IMG/VR virus record: IMGVR_UViG_3300035698_004757
Location: 33,673 to 97,672 of that record
DNA from: a virus
Strand: one strand, 5' to 3'
Length of the DNA stretch: 64,000 bases
Both the position numbers and the translations under genes were made by a program. The notes below the pieces were generated by a model, which saw only the letters and a program-made list of their open reading frames with translations, did not search any database and was not told the DNA's origin. Positions 1 to 9,517 of this stretch are shown piece after piece (the stretch's first letter is position 1; each line of letters opens with the position of its first letter).

Positions 1-1
1 C

Positions 2-1885
2 ACCGAGACCATCACTATTGACGACGGCATTGTTGGCGCAGCGATTGTGTTTGAGTTTGACGACAACGCAGGTATCACGGGCGACGTGTCCGTGACCATC
101 GGCGGTTCGGCTGCCGCGACGCTGGCTACGCTCAAGACCGCTATTGAAGGCACCGCGCTGGCTGTGACCGTGACTGACACGTCGGGTGTCGGCGACCCGC
201 AGTTGACGCTGACCCATACCACCCCCGGCATTGCAGCCAACGGTGAAGCCGTGACCGAAGCGGCCGCCGCGATCACCACCACAAACTTTGCGTCGGGTGC
301 TGACAGCATAAGCGCCGTCACATTCGAGTTCGACGACGACGGCAGCGTGGTCTCGGGTAACGTCGCCGTACTGATTGGTGCGACTACCAGCGACACCGCG
401 TCGAGTCTCGCAGCCGCCATTGCGGCCTCTGCGTTGGCCATCACCGTCAACACCAACCTGCAAGGCGCGTCTCCGATCCTGTCGCTGACGAACAACGCGA
501 CCGGCACCGCAGGCAACCAAGCCATCACGACCGATGCAAATCCGGACGTGGCCCCTGTCGGCATGGTCAACGGTGCAGCGGCCGTGGCCGCAACGTCGCA
601 AGCCAACGTGCTGACCTTCCGTGCCAAGACGCCCGGCACACACGGCAACAACATTCAAATCGTTATCCAAGCCACTACGCAGACCGGCGGTACCGGTAAG
701 GATGTTCTGGTTTACGCAGTCAAGGATGCGACCGTTGCGCAGACCCGGCAACTGGTCGAGCGTTACGTGGACATCAACCTGTCGGCTGCATCGCTGACGA
801 AGTACATCGAGACCGTCATCGAAGACGGCACCGACACTGGGTTCCCTGCGAGCCGTTACGTTGAAGTGGACGTGCATCACGATGGTGCCACGCCGACCAA
901 CGGCACGTACACGCTGGGTGCAGGCGGTGGTGAAGTGGGCCGTAACGGTATCGACGGTCTGGCTGATGCGGACTACGTTGGCACCGTGAGCGGCACCGTC
1001 TCAACCGGCTTGCAAGCCGCTGCCAACTCTGAAAAGTATTCGTTCAACTTTGTCATGGTGCCGGGCGTGTCCACCAAGACCGTCATTGGGGCTATGATCG
1101 ACCTGTGCGAGTCCCGTGGCGACGCCGTTGCATTGATCGACCCCCCGCTGGGCCTGTCCAAGCAAGGCGTGCTGGACTGGCACAACGGTTTGGACCAAGT
1201 CTCCGTCGAAGCGCCTATCGCTGCGATTGACAGCAGCTATGCTGCCGTCAACTGGCCGTGGGTGTATGACCATGACGCTTACACTAAAACTCAGTTGTGG
1301 CTGCCGCCGTCTGGCTTCATCGCCGGTGTCATGTCGTACAGCTTCGCAGCTTCCGCACCGCACTACGCAGCCGCCGGGCATAAGCGTGGTCGCGTGGGTG
1401 GCATCAAGATTGAGTACAGTGCCACGCAAGACGATCGCGCTGAACTGAACGGACAAGGCAACCGCGTCAATGCCGTCGTGGACTACGCAGTTGGGGACAG
1501 CCCCGGCTTCTTCATGTACGGCAACCGTACCTGTCATCGCCCCGAGTCCATGTTGTCGGACCTGAACATTCGCAACGGTCTGTTGTACGCCGAGACGCTG
1601 TGCGCTAATGCGACGCGCGTGCTGGTGTTCGACCCCAACGACCCGGCGACGTGGGCCGAGTTCGCGGCTATCTGCAACCGCATCCTCAACGCAATCAAGT
1701 CCGATCGTGGGTTCAAAGACTTGCTTGTCATCTGTGATGAGTCCACCAACCCGCCTGACCAAGTCCGCGATCGCCGCATGGAAGCCAAGTTACTCGTCTC
1801 GCCGGTTCGCGCCACCGAGACCATCGTGCTGAACTTCGGTGTGTTCGAGTCCGGTGCCGAGTTCGATGAATCGTTGATCCCATAA
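2..1885 (+). CDS. Contractile tail sheath protein (5'-truncated by window edge)
   Basis: Frame is open from nt 2. C-terminal sheath motifs: AVALIDPP, SSYAAVNWPWV, LPPSGFIAG, GNRT, LNIRN, FDPND...W, PVRATETIVLNF. A tube gene follows. Confidence 0.93.
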   Translation, partial: TETITIDDGIVGAAIVFEFDDNAGITGDVSVTIGGSAAATLATLKTAIEGTALAVTVTDTSGVGDPQLTLTHTTPGIAANGEAVTEAAAAITTTNFASGADSISAVTFEFDDDGSVVSGNVAVLIGATTSDTASSLAAAIAASALAITVNTNLQGASPILSLTNNATGTAGNQAITTDANPDVAPVGMVNGAAAVAATSQANVLTFRAKTPGTHGNNIQIVIQATTQTGGTGKDVLVYAVKDATVAQTRQLVERYVDINLSAASLTKYIETVIEDGTDTGFPASRYVEVDVHHDGATPTNGTYTLGAGGGEVGRNGIDGLADADYVGTVSGTVSTGLQAAANSEKYSFNFVMVPGVSTKTVIGAMIDLCESRGDAVALIDPPLGLSKQGVLDWHNGLDQVSVEAPIAAIDSSYAAVNWPWVYDHDAYTKTQLWLPPSGFIAGVMSYSFAASAPHYAAAGHKRGRVGGIKIEYSATQDDRAELNGQGNRVNAVVDYAVGDSPGFFMYGNRTCHRPESMLSDLNIRNGLLYAETLCANATRVLVFDPNDPATWAEFAAICNRILNAIKSDRGFKDLLVICDESTNPPDQVRDRRMEAKLLVSPVRATETIVLNFGVFESGAEFDESLIP

Positions 1886-1970
1886 ATTATGGGTTCGGGA
1901 CGCAGGCCGCCCAAGTATGACGGATGATTGATCCCTCACGACAGATAACCCCCGAGTAGGAGACTACATT

Positions 1971-2567
1971 ATGCCCCTCAGCGATCTATCCATGAACCAC
2001 CTTGACGGACCGGCCGCACGGTACGAACCACAGCGGGCAAACCACGGGGTACTGCGCATCCACGGGTTCGACTTCGGCGGTAACGACGCGAGCGTGCTGG
2101 AACTGGCTGTCAAGACGTTCCCGATGCCGAAAAGCACCACGAACGTGTCTGAGATTGATTTCATCAATCACAAGCGCAAGTTCCCCGGCAAAACCACGTA
2201 CGACGACATCGCCGTTACGTTCAACGACTACATCGACGGCGGCACCGCCCGGGCGATCGCTATCTGGCGTGAGCGCATCAAGGGTGGTCGGGACGGGCGC
2301 GTCGGGCTTAAAAGTGAAATTGCCCGTGACGGCCTCGCGATCATGTTCGCGCCGGACGGCTCCAAGACCCGGTCCTTTGTCCTCAAGGGCATCTGGCCCA
2401 GTTCTGACGACTTCGGCGACATTGACTACGCTTCGGACGAGCCGGTCATCATCAACGTGACCTTCACCATTGACCTTGCCATTCCGGGCATCGCGAACGT
2501 GAAGCTGCCGCTGCTTGAGCAAGCCGGTGCCGTTGGGCTGAGTACCCCGCTTGGTTCGACTGGTTGA
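1971..2567 (+). CDS. Tail tube protein (T4 gp19-like)
   Basis: KRKFPGKTTYDDIAVTF, GIWPSSDDFGDIDY and VTFTID motifs; directly after the sheath; RBS GGAGACTAC. Confidence 0.88.
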   Translation: MPLSDLSMNHLDGPAARYEPQRANHGVLRIHGFDFGGNDASVLELAVKTFPMPKSTTNVSEIDFINHKRKFPGKTTYDDIAVTFNDYIDGGTARAIAIWRERIKGGRDGRVGLKSEIARDGLAIMFAPDGSKTRSFVLKGIWPSSDDFGDIDYASDEPVIINVTFTIDLAIPGIANVKLPLLEQAGAVGLSTPLGSTG

Positions 2568-2631
2568 TCCATTTGACCCTTTTCAGCCACCAGTGGTGGT
2601 TGGTTGCTATTCAGTCGCTTTGTACGTGGTG

Positions 2632-2646
2632 TTGACGCAGCGTCAA
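2632..2646. repeat. 15-bp palindrome TTGACGCAGCGTCAA (intergenic)
   Basis: Exact copy. Confidence 0.95.
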
Positions 2647-2695
2647 GCCGGGCGACTACAAACTTATTACTCCTTCAATCGTAGGAGACTGACTG

Positions 2696-3526
2696 ATGTC
2701 CGAACCGCAATGGATCGAACAGACCTTACCGTCCGAGGGTGCCTTTTACGGACCCGACGCACTGTTACCCACACCTGAACTGCCTAATGGCGCAGTGAGC
2801 GTGCGGGCGTTTGCGTTCCGTGAGGAAGAGATGCTGGCTACGTCCGGCTCCCGTGGGGCGCAACGTATCCGCACGATCATCACCAACTGCCTTCGGTTGC
2901 CCGAAGGGTTCGACCCGAACATGTTGCTTGTGACCGATCAGATGGCATTGCTCTTGTACCAACGCATGTATAGCTTCGGTGCTGACCTGACGGTGCCGTG
3001 GACCTGCGAGAGTTGCAACACTGCCAACATGGACAAGGTTGACTTGGCTGAGTCGCTGGAAGATCGCAAGCCACGCGACGTGCAGCGCGTCATGCACACG
3101 GCCTACCCTGACCGGTATCCGGACAACACCTCGTTTCCGTTGACCGAGCCGTTTGAACTGAACTTGGGTGGCCGCGTCGTAGGGCTACGCTACCTGCGGG
3201 TCAGTGACGAGATTGCGGTGGAGTCCGCGACCCGGCGAGCGAAGGCGCAGAGTGATTCACCTAGCGCACGTGCCGATCCGAGTTTCCGAGAGCATCGTAT
3301 TCGCAGGATTGTGTCGATCGACGGCAAGGATAATCTGACGTACGAGGACCGTGAAGACTTTGTGGAAAGTTTGTCGTTTCTCGACGGCCGGGTCTACCAG
3401 AACTTTGTCAACAAGGCCGACACGGGCATTGACCAGCGCGTGCTGCTGGCGTGCAAAGCGTGCGGCGCTGACCAGAACGTGACTATCGGGTTCGGGAACG
3501 AGTTTTTTTGGCCAACCGACGTATGA
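2696..3526 (+). CDS. Tail assembly chaperone / baseplate hub assembly protein (T4 gp26-like)
   Basis: Two CxxC pairs (CESC, CKAC), EEEML and terminal FFWP; lies between tube and tape measure. Confidence 0.7.
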   Translation: MSEPQWIEQTLPSEGAFYGPDALLPTPELPNGAVSVRAFAFREEEMLATSGSRGAQRIRTIITNCLRLPEGFDPNMLLVTDQMALLLYQRMYSFGADLTVPWTCESCNTANMDKVDLAESLEDRKPRDVQRVMHTAYPDRYPDNTSFPLTEPFELNLGGRVVGLRYLRVSDEIAVESATRRAKAQSDSPSARADPSFREHRIRRIVSIDGKDNLTYEDREDFVESLSFLDGRVYQNFVNKADTGIDQRVLLACKACGADQNVTIGFGNEFFWPTDV

Positions 3527-3719
3527 TGCGTCGGAATTACGAGCCAACGAGTTTTTCCTGCTGTACCACGGAAAGGGATTCGATCAGGAAGGTATTGGCG
3601 TCATGTCGATGGAGTCTGTGCGATGGCACACACAACGGCTGGCCGACCAGATTAAGCAGGAACATGACGCGCACGAGGAAGCAACACGTAAGGCTCGATC
3701 ACAGCAACGACGGAGGTAG
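3501..3719 (+). CDS. Second chaperone segment (gp51-like) in the +1 frame; probably frameshift-fused or with a cryptic start
   Basis: The +1 frame reads ...ELRANEFFLLYHGKGFDQEGIGVMSMESVRWHTQRLADQIKQE...RRR* and ends just before the tape measure start. A T7 run lies at 3503-3509. Confidence 0.55.
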   Translation, partial: SFFGQPTYDASELRANEFFLLYHGKGFDQEGIGVMSMESVRWHTQRLADQIKQEHDAHEEATRKARSQQRRR

Positions 3720-3721
3720 CC

Positions 3722-6700
3722 TTGAGTTTTTCAGACGATGCAATTGGCTTCTTCCTTCAAATTGAGGACCAACTCTCCCCGGGTCTCGACACCGCTGTCG
3801 GTAACTACGAGTCGTACGTCAAGCAGATTGATAAACTCAACCAGAAGGCGTACGCCAAGCACAACGCGATGTTTGGTGGCGTCGCGCAATTAGTGCATGA
3901 CTTTGCGTCACTCCCGGCCGCTGCCGAGAAGGCGTACAAGAAAACGATACAGGTATTGCGGAAGAAGGTGGCACCTGTCCGGCAGCCCGTTGAGGTGACG
4001 ATGACGTTCAAGGGTGAGCGGGCAATGGGGGCTGTGGTGTCGGAGGCAATCACCAAGTCGCTGCGCCGGTCTACGCTTCGCATGTCTGCGGTACCCCCGT
4101 TACGCAAGAGTCCATTCTTTGACACGTCACAACCGCTGCGCCCGCGATACCGTGAGATGCCGCAACCGCCCGACCTGCGCGGCAAGTTTCAGAATCTACC
4201 TAAGTTCGCAGAGGGTGGTGAGGTGCTGGGGTCGAAGAAGGATATGGACAGCGTCCTTGCGTGGCTCACCCCCGGTGAGATTGTGTTGCCAGTGTCGATC
4301 GCGGCCCAGCTAAAAGGCGTGACTGGCCGGAAGAATCTACCCAAAGACCTCGCCAAGAGTATCGCCAACGTGCAGAACCTTGCGGCAGCGCTGCCCAGCT
4401 TGAAGCAGGCTGCCGATTTGGGACTCGACCCGGCAGCCGCCGAACGCTACGCCAAGGGTATGACGCTGATCGAGACGAACATGACTGCGGTCAGTGAAGC
4501 GGCTGTGAAGATGGGGATGGACAGCAAGAGGAAAGTGCTGCCGATACTGAGCAAGTTGCACACACAGTACAAGTCCACCACCGACCAGCTTGAAGATATG
4601 GCGAAGGTGTCGAGCAAGGACGTACCGAAGGGTGCGAAGAAGGCGGAGGACGCAATAGAGAACCTCGGCGACTCGGCGGAGGACGCGGGCGCTGGGATCA
4701 GTAAAGTCTTCAAGGATATCTTTGGCACTACCCGGTTTATTGCAATGAACAGGGCGCTGCGCGACACAGGCAACTTGGTGTCCAAGGTGTTCTCCAGCGC
4801 GTCCGAGACATTTAGTCGCGGGGAGGGCGACAAGGTGATGAGTTACGTGGAGGCGTTCAATAGCATGAATCAGTCGTTGGGCATCACGCGACCAGAGTTG
4901 CGCAAGTTTAAGAATGATATGTTTGAGGTGGTGGCCGCGACGGGTAGCGCCGGTAATATCACCAATTTCGCGAGTGCTGCTGCTGCGCTGGTGGACGCGG
5001 GCGTCCGTGACAAGGGTCGGCTGTTACGGACACACGCCGACATTGCTTTGATGGCGGATGCGTCTACGGCAGAGTTGGGTGGTCTGGCAGATATGTCTTA
5101 TCGGTTGGGCGATGCCTACAAGTTTGCGGACGACGGGATAGGCAGTGTGTTTGCCAACATCCACCTGTCTTCAACAAAGGCCGCAGTTTCCGCGCAGGAA
5201 CTGTCGGAGACTACGATGGACAGCGTGGCAAATATGCAGGCCGCCTTTGTGGCGTTGGCCGCGAGCGACGACGTTAAGGCGGCGAAGATGCTCACGAACC
5301 TCAATATGTTCCATGCAGCGGTTGCGGATAACTGGGGCGGAGCAAAAGCGATTGTGGAGTTGGCGACCAAGGCGATTGGTCGGGATCAAGAGTCGATGAT
5401 AAAGATGCAGCAGTTGACGGGTATGAGCGCGGACCAAGTGCAGCAAGCGTTTATTGACGGCGACCCGACGCAGATACTTTCGCGGGTTGCGTCGCAGATA
5501 GATCGGATTATGTCGTCGGATCGTTACTCAGACGGCGACAAAGCATTCCAGTTGAAGAACCTCAAAGAAGCGATGGGCGCGTCGGAGATGACGGATGTTG
5601 CGTTCATCAAGCTGGGGACTACTCTCGATTCTGCCACTGCTAAGTACAACGAACTGACGGCAGGCACGATCGCGGCCGCAGACGCCACTGCTTATCTGCA
5701 ACAAGGTGCGCTGAACACCAAGACGCTGTGGGAGCGCGCGTCAAGCATGTTCAACAAGTTTGCGGGGCAGGCTGGTTTGCTGGAAGTCATGGACTTCGTA
5801 AACGAGTTCAACCCGGCGCTGTTGCTGTCGGCGCTGTACCTCGGAAAGAATGTGGCGTGGGGGGCAGCGAAGATGGCTATTGGGTTGGCTAAGACGACGG
5901 GCGTTGGGGGTGTGGTTGTCGATATGTTCAAGAAGATGACGCACGGCGCGCTGAAACTCATCCCGGGTTTAGGGGGTGCAGCAAAGGCGGCGGAGGCCCA
6001 TGCAGTTGCCACGACCGTGCAGTCAACGGCGGTGGCCGGGGGCACGAAAGCGGGCAAAGGGTTCGGCACCATGCTGGGCAACCTCGGCAAAGGTATCGGT
6101 AAGTTCATGTCGGGCATTGGTCGCGGTGCGGGCCAAGCTGTACATGGGTTCCTGTCGGGCGTTGCCGGTGGGCTACGTGCATTGGCCAACCCGTACGTGT
6201 TGGCGGGTGTGGGCGTGGCTGCGCTGATTGGTGTGACGATAGCAGGCACCGCGTGGGGACTAGCACACGCCGCCCGGATCGCAGAGCCGGCGATACAAAC
6301 ATTGGTGGGCGGGGTCGTGGATGTCTTTGGTGTGCTGTCGGTGATGGAGCCGAGTCAGATACTCGCAACCACGTTGGCCATGCTGACACTAGGGCCGTCG
6401 CTGACCACGATTGGCGCAGGGGCAGCGTTGATGGGGCAGGGTATGTTGATTGCGGCACCGGGCATTGCAGTGTTCGCAGGGGCGATGCTGCTGCTGAGTC
6501 GCACAGGTGGTGGGAAAGGTGGAGGGATTGGTGGGGCGATTGCGTCGTTGGCGGATACGTTCACGCTCGATCGCAAGGATGTGTCGCGTGTGGTGGAGGG
6601 TATGGCGTCGGTGCGGGTTGTCGTGACCCGGCTGGCCGTGACTACGCCGATGATGTTGGCGGCCGTGCCGCTGCTGGTTGCATTTGCAGTGGCCGATGTG

Positions 6701-8473
6701 GCGCTGGGGGCCGCACCGGTGCGTGGCGATGGTGTGGTGGCGTTTGTTGACGCAGCGTCAAGCACGTTCGGGAAGATCGACAAGGCCAAGGCAGACAAAG
6801 CCGTGGTCGGCATGGATGTGGCAGGCGGCATGATGGTGCGCATGATGGGGTTGGACGCGATGTCGATGGGCCAGCGCATGTTGGGCCGTGTGGGTCAGGT
6901 GCAGGACATGTCCGATGCGGTGCTGGGGTGGTTTGGCGTCCAGTCCCCGATGCAGCGGATGGCTGATCAGGGCCGGGAGATTGCAGCCACAGCGGTGTCG
7001 TTGCAGGCCAGTTTTGCGCCGTTAGCAAACGACAAGAAGAAGCTGGCAGACTCGGCCGAAGCGATTGACGTGATCGGTAAGTTCATCCACGGCTACGCAG
7101 CCGCCGCCAAGGGTATGCGAGGTGCAGCCCCGGGCATTGGGTCCAAGATGGCAGATGGGATCAGGGGTTGGTTCTACGGCGGTAATTCACCGATGCAGTC
7201 GTTGTACGCGATGGCCCCTGTGATGATCGACACAGCCAAAGGTATTTCAGACAAGTTCGCTGAGGTGGATCAGGCTACGTGGGACAGCATCGAAAGCGCG
7301 TCTAAGCCCCTCAAGTCAGTAAGCGAGATGGTGGGTGGGTTTGCAGCCACGGCGGCTGCGATGCGAGATGCCTCACCCGGTGTGTTGACGTTTGTGGCTG
7401 AGGCGTTCCGGAGTATGTTCTACGGGGGTGACGATTCGCCCGCAGGTCGTTTGCTGGCGTCGTCCGGCGACATTGTGAAGCTGGGTACGAAACTGCCAGA
7501 GGCTTTAGCCCCGTTGGCAACGATGAAGCAGGGCGACATTGACGCGGCCACGCTGGGCCTAAAGCATGTCGGTGATTTGCTGGGGGGCATGCTCCCCGCG
7601 ATGGAGTCGCTGAACAAAGCTGGTGACGTGGCGGACGATTTGACGGATGGGTGGGTGTTCAGTGGTGGTTTGACCAAGGTCACGGAGATGATGCCGGGCT
7701 TGGTGCAGGCTGCACGTGACATACAGGTGGCGCTGGGTCCGTTGGCGGCTATCCCACAAGAGGGCCGCGATCGGGCGATGGCTGCGCTGACGGGCACGAA
7801 GGACTTGACTACGAAGGTGGCAGAGGCGCTGCATGGTGCGGCGGTGCTAAGCATTGCGGTGGGCGAGCATGGGCCAGCTATCCGACGAGCCTCACGCACA
7901 CGCGGGGACGTGATGGTTGAAGTCGCGTCGATCGTGACCGATGTTAAGGCGTTTGCTTCGCAGATCAACGTGCCCATTCCTGTGATCCTGCAACCGGAGG
8001 TGACTACGCAGGCGGTGTCCGATGTGAAGGTGCCCAAACCCGACGAGTTGGTGGATGTGCCCGCCCGCCCAGTTGTGGCGAGTACGGCGATGGCTGCGCT
8101 GAAACTTGACGCACCACCTGCGGGTGTGTTTGCATCGCCGATGGATGTACCAGTCCCGGTAACGCTGCGGCCAGAGGTGGCGATGGCGAACACAAGGATC
8201 AACACCCAAGTTGCCGCAGGCGACCTAGTGACTGATGCAGTGAAACCACTGTTGACCGAGACAGAGGTTAATCGGTTGATAACGTTGCAGATCGAAGCCA
8301 AGGCCACAGACGAAGCGGTCCGCGCCGAGTTGTTGGATATTAAGAGTTTGCTGTCACAGCAGCTTGAGGTGATGCGCCGACCCAGCGCACCCGCAGGCGC
8401 AAAAGTAACAGTCGCGTCCCGACCGGCGAGCGCTTCGGCGGCGCTGAACCATGTGGCCGGAGGGCATAATTGA
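3722..8473 (+). CDS. Tape measure protein
   Basis: 1583 aa, Ala/Gly-rich and helical, with a hydrophobic central region. TTG start preceded by GGAGG. Position follows the chaperone. Confidence 0.88.
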   Translation: MSFSDDAIGFFLQIEDQLSPGLDTAVGNYESYVKQIDKLNQKAYAKHNAMFGGVAQLVHDFASLPAAAEKAYKKTIQVLRKKVAPVRQPVEVTMTFKGERAMGAVVSEAITKSLRRSTLRMSAVPPLRKSPFFDTSQPLRPRYREMPQPPDLRGKFQNLPKFAEGGEVLGSKKDMDSVLAWLTPGEIVLPVSIAAQLKGVTGRKNLPKDLAKSIANVQNLAAALPSLKQAADLGLDPAAAERYAKGMTLIETNMTAVSEAAVKMGMDSKRKVLPILSKLHTQYKSTTDQLEDMAKVSSKDVPKGAKKAEDAIENLGDSAEDAGAGISKVFKDIFGTTRFIAMNRALRDTGNLVSKVFSSASETFSRGEGDKVMSYVEAFNSMNQSLGITRPELRKFKNDMFEVVAATGSAGNITNFASAAAALVDAGVRDKGRLLRTHADIALMADASTAELGGLADMSYRLGDAYKFADDGIGSVFANIHLSSTKAAVSAQELSETTMDSVANMQAAFVALAASDDVKAAKMLTNLNMFHAAVADNWGGAKAIVELATKAIGRDQESMIKMQQLTGMSADQVQQAFIDGDPTQILSRVASQIDRIMSSDRYSDGDKAFQLKNLKEAMGASEMTDVAFIKLGTTLDSATAKYNELTAGTIAAADATAYLQQGALNTKTLWERASSMFNKFAGQAGLLEVMDFVNEFNPALLLSALYLGKNVAWGAAKMAIGLAKTTGVGGVVVDMFKKMTHGALKLIPGLGGAAKAAEAHAVATTVQSTAVAGGTKAGKGFGTMLGNLGKGIGKFMSGIGRGAGQAVHGFLSGVAGGLRALANPYVLAGVGVAALIGVTIAGTAWGLAHAARIAEPAIQTLVGGVVDVFGVLSVMEPSQILATTLAMLTLGPSLTTIGAGAALMGQGMLIAAPGIAVFAGAMLLLSRTGGGKGGGIGGAIASLADTFTLDRKDVSRVVEGMASVRVVVTRLAVTTPMMLAAVPLLVAFAVADVALGAAPVRGDGVVAFVDAASSTFGKIDKAKADKAVVGMDVAGGMMVRMMGLDAMSMGQRMLGRVGQVQDMSDAVLGWFGVQSPMQRMADQGREIAATAVSLQASFAPLANDKKKLADSAEAIDVIGKFIHGYAAAAKGMRGAAPGIGSKMADGIRGWFYGGNSPMQSLYAMAPVMIDTAKGISDKFAEVDQATWDSIESASKPLKSVSEMVGGFAATAAAMRDASPGVLTFVAEAFRSMFYGGDDSPAGRLLASSGDIVKLGTKLPEALAPLATMKQGDIDAATLGLKHVGDLLGGMLPAMESLNKAGDVADDLTDGWVFSGGLTKVTEMMPGLVQAARDIQVALGPLAAIPQEGRDRAMAALTGTKDLTTKVAEALHGAAVLSIAVGEHGPAIRRASRTRGDVMVEVASIVTDVKAFASQINVPIPVILQPEVTTQAVSDVKVPKPDELVDVPARPVVASTAMAALKLDAPPAGVFASPMDVPVPVTLRPEVAMANTRINTQVAAGDLVTDAVKPLLTETEVNRLITLQIEAKATDEAVRAELLDIKSLLSQQLEVMRRPSAPAGAKVTVASRPASASAALNHVAGGHN
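6747..6761. repeat. 15-bp palindrome inside the tape measure gene
   Basis: Exact copy; encodes VDAASS. Confidence 0.95.
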
Positions 8474-9186
8474 TGAGTACCTTTTCCGAATCCATTGCAA
8501 AACCGCTGGGCGAAAGACTACGTGTCTTTGTGGACCCTAGCTGGCAGTACCTTGACGTGTGGAACCGCCACGCTCGCGGGTCCACAGGTGAAATCGGGGA
8601 GTCGCTATCGTTTGCGTTTATGGACCTTGAGGGTGGTATTAGCGAAGACGCCTCACCGAACTACGGCGATATTGATGTGACCGGCCGCGCGGAGGGGTAC
8701 AAAACATGGGTCAATACCGCTAATCGCGAAGTGTCCATTACCTTCAAGTTGCGCGCACAAGAGGCTGGCCCGTCGCGGCGAGTGGTAGCACGGTTACTTG
8801 GTGCTTTGGCGTTCCGCGATGTAACTGACACACAAGAGGCGTTGTTGCGGCAGGTCAAGATGCCCGCGATGTGGTTGGAATCACTCAAGTATCCGATCAT
8901 GGGTGACGATGGGTTATCGCATGCACCACCGCCGGTGTATCTGCAACTGGGCGCGTTGATGTTGATGCGGTCCGTGGTGACGGCAGCAAGTGTGACATGG
9001 GAAGAGCCATTTGATCCTGAGACGATGTTGCCACACGGCGCGTCGGTGCAAGCGACGTTCACGGCTGTGAGTACCGGTTATCACGGTGTTGAACTACGTG
9101 GCCCGAATCGTTTTCGTGGTGCCCGTGCAGCGCCAACTTCACGACCCGGCCGCCGCACTTTGACGCGGAGGGCGATCAGTGGTTGA
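8473..9186 (+). CDS. Baseplate/tail-tube initiator protein (putative)
   Basis: GRAE..., YP...APPPVYLQLG and SVTW motifs typical of tube-initiator proteins; synteny. Confidence 0.6.
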   Translation: MSTFSESIAKPLGERLRVFVDPSWQYLDVWNRHARGSTGEIGESLSFAFMDLEGGISEDASPNYGDIDVTGRAEGYKTWVNTANREVSITFKLRAQEAGPSRRVVARLLGALAFRDVTDTQEALLRQVKMPAMWLESLKYPIMGDDGLSHAPPPVYLQLGALMLMRSVVTAASVTWEEPFDPETMLPHGASVQATFTAVSTGYHGVELRGPNRFRGARAAPTSRPGRRTLTRRAISG

Positions 9187-9517
9187 CACCTTTACAGTTG
9201 CACCGAATGACCGTTACAAAGACACCGCTGCATTTACAGGACCGCGCGGACCTGAGTTTGCATTGCTTGTCGATCCCGATGAGTTGCAGGTTTTGCATCC
9301 GGACTACGTCACGCACCGGGTGACCGCCGACGAGGTGGGTATGTTGGACCGTGTGGCTGCGGCGTATTACGGACCCGGCAATGAAGATTTGTGGTGGTTC
9401 ATTGCGCGGGCGAACAACATGGTGGACATGGAAGTGGACATGGTGCCCGGGAAGGTGATCGTCATACCACCACGGGCGTTGATATTGGAGTTCTCGTCGA
9501 GGCGTGGCCGTGGTTGA
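9179..9517 (+). CDS. LysM-like baseplate wedge protein (gp53 / P2 gpX-like)
   Basis: LDRVAAAYYG...LWWFIARANN...PGKVIVIP motif. Confidence 0.75.
   Translation: MVDTFTVAPNDRYKDTAAFTGPRGPEFALLVDPDELQVLHPDYVTHRVTADEVGMLDRVAAAYYGPGNEDLWWFIARANNMVDMEVDMVPGKVIVIPPRALILEFSSRRGRG

Noticed and set aside
3508-3765. -1 frame ORF after the chaperone slippery site
   Set aside because: Composition looks non-coding and it overlaps the tape-measure start; the +1 frame fits better.
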